Shown here one piece after another: positions 37,372 through 42,093 of a DNA stretch of 42,093 nt. Position 1 is the first letter of the stretch; each line of letters begins with the position of its first letter. The stretch spans positions 1-42,093 of the forward strand of contig CAZHWO010000003.1 in the NCBI GenBank assembly GCA_964536075.1, read 5' to 3'. The stretch comes from an uncultured Muribaculaceae bacterium (GTDB lineage: Bacteria; Bacillota_I; Bacilli_A; RF39; UBA660). The notes beneath the pieces were generated by a model that worked only from the letters and a program-made list of their open reading frames with translations, was not told the origin of the DNA and made no database searches. Made by a program: the position numbers and the translations under genes.

Positions 37372-39315
37372 TTATTTTAACTCTTCTTCTAATTGCTCTT
37401 TTGTTTTTTTAGTATAGCCTTTGATTCTTTTTTCCTTAGCCTGTTTTCTTAACTCTTCTAGGGTAATTCCCTCTTCTTCTTCCGGCATTTCTCCATGGAT
37501 TACTAAATATTCAATTTGTTCTTTTGTTAGCGTTTCATACTCTAATAGATTATTAGCTATCAAATCTAATAAATCTTTGTTTTTTCCAAGAATATCTTTA
37601 GCTTTTTGGTAGCATTCATCAATAATTTTTCTTACTTCATTATCGATTTCTAACGCTACTGCATCCGAGAAGTTACGGCTTTTATTATAATCACGCCCTA
37701 AGAATACCCCTTCTGTTTGGTGCTCTAATTGCATTGGTCCTAAATTACTCATGCCATATTCTGTTACCATGGCCCTAGCAATCTTTGTAGCTTTCTCAAA
37801 ATCATTATGAGCTCCCGTTGTTATTTCTCCAAAAATTAATTCTTCACAAACTCGACCACCTAATAAGCCTGTTATTTGCTCAAGCAATTCTGTTTTAGTT
37901 GAAGTATATCTCTCTTCTTTAGGAACCATCATGGCATAACCACCCGCATAACTACGCGGAATAATGGTTACTTTTTGAACATCATTAGCATCATTTAATT
38001 TAATACCCAATACTACGTGGCCAGCTTCATGATAAGCAACGAGCTTCTTTTCTTGTTCAGTATATTTTTTACTCAATTTAGCTGGTCCCATTAATACCCT
38101 ATCGGTAGCTTCATCAATCTCACTCATAGTAATAGCTTCTTTATTTCGTCTAACGGCTAGAAGTGCTGCTTCATTAAGTAGATTTTCCAGATCAGCACCA
38201 CTAAAGCCCGGTGTTCTTTTTGCTAGATTAGCCAACATAACATTTTTAGCAAAAATCTTATTTTTAGCATGAACTTTTAAAATTTCTTCCCGTGCTTTTA
38301 TATCCGGTAAGTTAACCGTCACTTGTCTATCAAATCGTCCTGGCCGTAGTAAAGCCGGATCCAAAACATCAGCTCTATTAGTGGCCGCAATGATAATTAT
38401 ACCCTCATTTGCTCCAAAGCCATCCATTTCGGTTAATAATTGGTTTAATGTTTGTTCACGTTCATCATGACCTCCACCTAAACCCGTTCCTCTTTGACGA
38501 CCAACCGCATCAATTTCATCAATAAAAATTAAACATGGGGCATTATGTTTAGCTTGTTTAAACATATCTCTAACCCGGCTTGCTCCAACACCAACAAACA
38601 ATTCCACAAAGTCAGAACCGCTTATGTAATAGAATGGTACGTTGGCTTCACCAGCTACAGCTCTGGCTAATAAGGTTTTACCGGTTCCTGGCGGACCTAC
38701 TAAAAGAACCCCTTTAGGAATTCTGGCTCCTAATTTTTGAAATTTCTTAGGATTCTTTAAAAAATCAATAAGTTCACTTACTTCTTCCTTTTCTTCCGTT
38801 AACCCCGCCACATCTTCAAAAGTAGTCTTATTATTTTCGTTATTTAATTTTGCTCTACTTCTGCCAAAATCCATTGATTTATTCGTACCATTTATCTGCT
38901 TACTAATAAAGAAAAAAGCAAACCCAACAAAAAGAATTACTGGCAAAATATTAGTTAATAAATTAAGAAAAGAATTGCTTTCAATATCTCTTTCAACATT
39001 AATTGTAAAGGCATACTTTTCTTCACCACTTATTATCTTTTTGATGACTTCATCTGATAAAGGTAACCTAACACTAAAAGTTTCATTATCCTGATAATCT
39101 TTCAAGCGTCCCGCAATCTCATATACGGAAGCATTAACACTTGGAGTTACAGTTATTTCCTCTATCGTTCCTTGATTCATTTCCATAATAAATTGATCAT
39201 AAGTTAACTCATGGTTTTTTTGATTCAATATATTAAAGAAATAATATATACTAGCCATTAATATTATTAAAAAGACATATGGCAATATTTTTTTCTGTAT
39301 ATCATGTTTTTTCAT
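37372..39315 (-). CDS. ftsH: ATP-dependent zinc metalloprotease FtsH
   Basis: 647 aa. It has two N-terminal TM helices, Walker A GPPGTGKT, Walker [31 protein letters not shown], and the Zn motif HEAGH. SD AGGAGG. Confidence 0.98.
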   Translation of the reverse strand: MKKHDIQKKILPYVFLIILMASIYYFFNILNQKNHELTYDQFIMEMNQGTIEEITVTPSVNASVYEIAGRLKDYQDNETFSVRLPLSDEVIKKIISGEEKYAFTINVERDIESNSFLNLLTNILPVILFVGFAFFFISKQINGTNKSMDFGRSRAKLNNENNKTTFEDVAGLTEEKEEVSELIDFLKNPKKFQKLGARIPKGVLLVGPPGTGKTLLARAVAGEANVPFYYISGSDFVELFVGVGASRVRDMFKQAKHNAPCLIFIDEIDAVGRQRGTGLGGGHDEREQTLNQLLTEMDGFGANEGIIIIAATNRADVLDPALLRPGRFDRQVTVNLPDIKAREEILKVHAKNKIFAKNVMLANLAKRTPGFSGADLENLLNEAALLAVRRNKEAITMSEIDEATDRVLMGPAKLSKKYTEQEKKLVAYHEAGHVVLGIKLNDANDVQKVTIIPRSYAGGYAMMVPKEERYTSTKTELLEQITGLLGGRVCEELIFGEITTGAHNDFEKATKIARAMVTEYGMSNLGPMQLEHQTEGVFLGRDYNKSRNFSDAVALEIDNEVRKIIDECYQKAKDILGKNKDLLDLIANNLLEYETLTKEQIEYLVIHGEMPEEEEGITLEELRKQAKEKRIKGYTKKTKEQLEEELK

Positions 39316-39326
39316 TTTTTCCTCCT

Positions 39327-40652
39327 TTAACGATACCTTAATATTATATCATATTTTTCTTTATTAGACTTATCTATTTTTGCTTTTTTTATTCCGGGAA
39401 TCCATACCACCTTGTCAGTAGCATCAACAACAATCGGCCACAAATCCCGTTCTTTGATTGGAATCTTTTTATCTATAAAGATATCCTTTACTTTTTGGTG
39501 ACCGTTCATTCCTTTGCCATCAATTTTATCCCCATGTTTTCTTGTTCTTATATATAAGGGTTCAACATAATCCTCTTTAGCTAAACGGCAGATATCATTA
39601 CCATTTTCGTTTGTTGCCATAATCTTGTCAATTATTTTGCCATTGGGTAAATAAGCACAATCGATAAACTGTATCTCATAATTACTAATTATATCGGTCT
39701 CTTTATTTATAGTTAAAGAGGTATAAGCTTTCGATACCTTAACATTATTAGGCAAATAAATATAAGTATTACTTTTTTCTGATTGAATAATCTTTAAAAT
39801 TAAATTTGTATGCTTATCATTGATAAAAATTAAATCATCTTGGTAAAATTGCTCGAGAAGTTTATTTATAACATTTTTTTGCCATATATAATCTAATTTT
39901 TGAAATTTTTTAATATCTAATTTACTACCGTCCCATATAGCGGATAAGTGTTTATTCGCTTCTTCATCAATATAATGACTATAAAATGATAATGTCTCAC
40001 TAAATTTTCTAAACTTTTCATGAACTAAAGGATCTTCTTTCTTTAAGAAAGGTAAAATAACTTTTCGATATCTATTTCTTGTATAATGATCAGTTCTATT
40101 GGACAAATCCGTAGCGTAAGGAATTTTGTTTTGTTTATTAAACATTACTATATCTTTTTTAGTTACTGTAATTAATGGTCGTACCAATTGATATTTTCCC
40201 ATATTAACAATCCGCTTAAACCCACTATATCCTTTTAAAGTTGATCCTCTTACAATTCGCATTAAAATCGTTTCTATTAAATCATCACCATGATGAGCAG
40301 TCATTAAGTAATTAGCCTCATACTTTGCCACTAAATCATTAAAGAACTCATAACGAATCTTTCTTGCTTCATTATGAAAATTATCATCACCATATTTTTC
40401 AATAACCATTGCTTCAAAAATAATATTATTTTTTAAACAGTATTGTTCTAATAACTTTTTTTCTTTGTTACTAGCTTTCCTAATATTATGATTAATATGA
40501 GCACAAACTATTTTTATATCAATTTTATTTCTAAGTTCCATTAATATATGTAATAAAGCCATAGAGTCAGGTCCAAAAGAAACACCAACTACTATAATGT
40601 TGCCGTCTTTTAATTTAATTTCATTTAGCAAATAATCATAGACTTCTTTCAT
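39327..40652 (-). CDS. tilS: tRNA(Ile)-lysidine synthase
   Basis: 441 aa. It has an N-terminal PP-loop ATPase domain (VVGVSFGPDSMALLHIL, a variant of SGGxDS), LMTAHHGDDLIETILMR, and a C-terminal TilS domain (IRTRKHGDKI ... GHQKVKDIFIDKKIP). tilS-ftsH synteny. Confidence 0.88.
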   Translation of the reverse strand: MKEVYDYLLNEIKLKDGNIIVVGVSFGPDSMALLHILMELRNKIDIKIVCAHINHNIRKASNKEKKLLEQYCLKNNIIFEAMVIEKYGDDNFHNEARKIRYEFFNDLVAKYEANYLMTAHHGDDLIETILMRIVRGSTLKGYSGFKRIVNMGKYQLVRPLITVTKKDIVMFNKQNKIPYATDLSNRTDHYTRNRYRKVILPFLKKEDPLVHEKFRKFSETLSFYSHYIDEEANKHLSAIWDGSKLDIKKFQKLDYIWQKNVINKLLEQFYQDDLIFINDKHTNLILKIIQSEKSNTYIYLPNNVKVSKAYTSLTINKETDIISNYEIQFIDCAYLPNGKIIDKIMATNENGNDICRLAKEDYVEPLYIRTRKHGDKIDGKGMNGHQKVKDIFIDKKIPIKERDLWPIVVDATDKVVWIPGIKKAKIDKSNKEKYDIILRYR

Positions 40653-40688
40653 TCCCCATACCCCTATAAAATATAATTACTTTATGAT

Positions 40689-40717
40689 ATAATACCAGAA
40701 CAACAGTATATTGACAA
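40689..40717 (-). promoter_or_regulatory. promoter for tilS-ftsH (TTGTCA-17 nt-TATTAT)
   Basis: On the minus strand, TTGTCA (40717..40712), a 17-nt spacer, then TATTAT (40694..40689), in the divIC-tilS gap. Confidence 0.5.
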
Positions 40718-40745
40718 GCATTATTTAAATAAAAAAGAATTCACA

Positions 40746-41039
40746 TTAAGGAATTCTAATAATATATTCACCATCTTTAGAATAAAGATATCTTTCTCGA
40801 GCATATCTGGCTACATAATCTGGATCCTGCAGTTTTTCAACATCTTTTTTCAAAATACCTTCTTTTTCTTTTAAAGTTACTAACTCATTATCTAAAGTCT
40901 TTTTTTCTTTATATAGATTAATAATATCCATCCAGTAGTTAGCTAAAGTAATTAAAAAGAAAGTACAAAAACCAACGCAAAGAAAACCTAAAATTAGAAT
41001 TCTTTTTCTCGTTTTATTTTTTCCTTTCTTATTTTTCAT
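40746..41039 (-). CDS. divIC: septum formation initiator DivIC/FtsB family
   Basis: ~97 aa. It has a basic N-terminus, one TM helix, a coiled coil, and the C-terminal DPDYVARYARERYLYSKDGE motif. The start is the ATG at 41039, 4 nt after SD GGTGAT. The ORF-track GTG at 41051 lies inside the SD. Confidence 0.85.
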   Translation of the reverse strand: MKNKKGKNKTRKRILILGFLCVGFCTFFLITLANYWMDIINLYKEKKTLDNELVTLKEKEGILKKDVEKLQDPDYVARYARERYLYSKDGEYIIRIP

Positions 41040-41061
41040 TATTATCACCAATATTATTATA

Positions 41062-41343
41062 TCACTTTTTCTTTTTTTTAAAATAACTATCCACTTTATT
41101 TTCTATAAAAAAGCCTAGTAAAAGTGTCAATAGGAAATATAAATGGATTATCCCGTCATTAATTATACGCATACAAAGGAAGTATAATAAAGCATTGAAT
41201 AATACAAAAAAAATAACATTAACAAAGTTTAAATATTTAATATTACAATTAAAATATCGATAAGAAAAATTAAAAACTACTGCAAAAAAAACCCCATATA
41301 CAAAAGAAAAAATTAAGGATTGAATTTGAACAGAAAGAGTCAT
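41062..41343 (-). CDS. yabQ: spore cortex biosynthesis protein YabQ
   Basis: 93 aa with three hydrophobic helices. The N-terminus MTLSVQ... and the R-I-IN-DG-I-HLYFLLTLLLGF segment parallel B. subtilis YabQ. It overlaps yabP by 4 nt. Confidence 0.75.
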   Translation of the reverse strand: MTLSVQIQSLIFSFVYGVFFAVVFNFSYRYFNCNIKYLNFVNVIFFVLFNALLYFLCMRIINDGIIHLYFLLTLLLGFFIENKVDSYFKKKKK

Positions 41344-41636
41344 TTAAAAAGCCTTCCAAAAAAGTTTGTTTCTTTTTTGGTCTTACTATTTTCATCAACA
41401 TAAACAAAAGATTTTATTAAACCCTTAATAGAAACATTTCCTTGTATAGTATCTAGTTTAATTAACTCTAACCCTTCGCCTTTAATTATTAAATAACCCA
41501 AAACTGATTCAAGAAGAAACTCTTCATTGTCAAAACTCTCTATTTTTTTAACTCCTGATATAATGGCATTATTCCGTTCAACAACACTTATACCATGACT
41601 ATAATTGCTAACACTTATCCCTTCAACCTTGTCCAT
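41340..41636 (-). CDS. yabP: sporulation protein YabP
   Basis: 98 aa. ISGVKKIESFDNEEFLLESVLGYLIIKGEGLELIKLD and the C-terminal FFGRLFK closely parallel B. subtilis YabP. SD AGGAGGA. Confidence 0.85.
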   Translation of the reverse strand: MDKVEGISVSNYSHGISVVERNNAIISGVKKIESFDNEEFLLESVLGYLIIKGEGLELIKLDTIQGNVSIKGLIKSFVYVDENSKTKKETNFFGRLFK

Positions 41637-41683
41637 AACTATCCTCCTAGAAAATAATATGCCCGTAATTTCTTTTTTAGCAC

Positions 41684-41706
41684 AAAAAAAGCTCTTACGA
41701 GCCTTT
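41684..41706 (-). terminator. probable terminator of spoVG
   Basis: On the minus strand, AAAGGCTC-GTAA-GAGCTTT (one G-U pair) followed by a run of T residues, immediately after the stop codon. Confidence 0.6.
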
Positions 41707-41708
41707 AA

Positions 41709-42005
41709 TTATTCCTCTTCACTTTCACTATCGTCAGAAACTAAATCTGCTTTCTTATATGCATCCAGAATAGCATCTTCAAATGCCGTACGAACTTCAC
41801 TTTTAATGGGATGAGCTATATCTTTATAAACTCCAGGAGCTGATTTTACTTGTTTGCTTGGCATTGCTATAAATAAACCGTTATCCCCTTCAATGATTCT
41901 AATATCATGAACTGCAAAACTATCATCTAAGACAACTGATGCAATCCCTTTCATTCTTGAACCCTCTTTTTCGATTTTTCGTACATTTACCGATGTAATT
42001 TTCAT
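41709..42005 (-). CDS. spoVG: septation/regulatory protein SpoVG
   Basis: MKITSVNVRKIEKEGSRMKGIASVVLDDSFAVHDIRIIEGDNGLFIAMPS is canonical SpoVG, with an acidic C-terminal tail. The ATG at 42005 follows SD AGGAGG. The ORF-track TTG at 42014 is too close to the SD. Confidence 0.93.
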   Translation of the reverse strand: MKITSVNVRKIEKEGSRMKGIASVVLDDSFAVHDIRIIEGDNGLFIAMPSKQVKSAPGVYKDIAHPIKSEVRTAFEDAILDAYKKADLVSDDSESEEE

Positions 42006-42093
42006 CTGAGACAATCCTCCTTCTAAAGTAAATTAACTTTATAAATTTAGTTTATACTATTTTAGATAAAAAAGCAACATTTTATTTTTTTAT

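Noticed and set aside
1-42093. Search for CRISPR arrays, IS elements, integrases, phage genes, toxin-antitoxin pairs or defence systems
   Set aside because: None was found. Every ORF over 90 aa except one has a housekeeping assignment. The only tandem repeat is the tRNA-Asn pair, and no terminal inverted repeats or att-like duplications flank the non-syntenic genes.

Overview
This is a visibly AT-rich, almost fully coding chromosome segment from a low-GC Bacillota-type bacterium. It uses the standard genetic code: TGA terminates clpC, recA, lysS and nth, and TGG encodes Trp. All protein genes except three (a FemAB-like gene, recU, ponA) and all RNA genes read on the minus strand. The content is core housekeeping, arranged as a compacted mosaic of three Bacillus subtilis neighbourhoods. 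(i) The origin-proximal block is spoVG-yabP-yabQ-divIC-tilS-ftsH / dusB-lysS / clpC / cysS-mrnC-rlmB-sigH-secE-nusG-rplK-rplA-rplJ-rplL-ybxB-rpoB-rpoC, followed by eno-secG. (ii) The second block is hup, cca, dnaD-nth, ponA-recU, gpsB-rnpB. (iii) The third block is ymfM(rodZ-like)-pgsA-recA. RNA genes recovered by eye are a type-B RNase P RNA (in the gap the ORF track leaves at about 29.9-30.25 kb) and two tandem tRNA-Asn(GTT) genes (mistranslated in the ORF track as a 69-aa repeat ORF). A 59-aa secE is missing from the track because it is under 60 aa. Regulatory RNA is also visible: an L10 leader with an attenuator, and two copies of an L1-stalk mimic, one upstream of rplK and one upstream of rplA. 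I saw no mobile elements, CRISPR arrays, defence islands or toxin-antitoxin pairs, and I cannot support a convincing novel multi-gene system here. The best leads are non-syntenic insertions into the conserved backbone. One is an orphan tail-anchored protein behind the SigH-like sigma factor. Another is a YugP-peptidase plus large membrane protein pair translationally coupled to cysS. A third is an orphan purN behind recA. The other leads are a tRNA-Asn pair with a non-canonical T-loop, a TilS with a variant PP-loop, and a possible 42-codon ORF upstream of gpsB. Several ORF-track starts are artefactual N-terminal extensions that begin at a GTG/TTG inside the Shine-Dalgarno sequence; corrected starts are given. 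All family assignments come from reading motifs by eye, and no database search was run.
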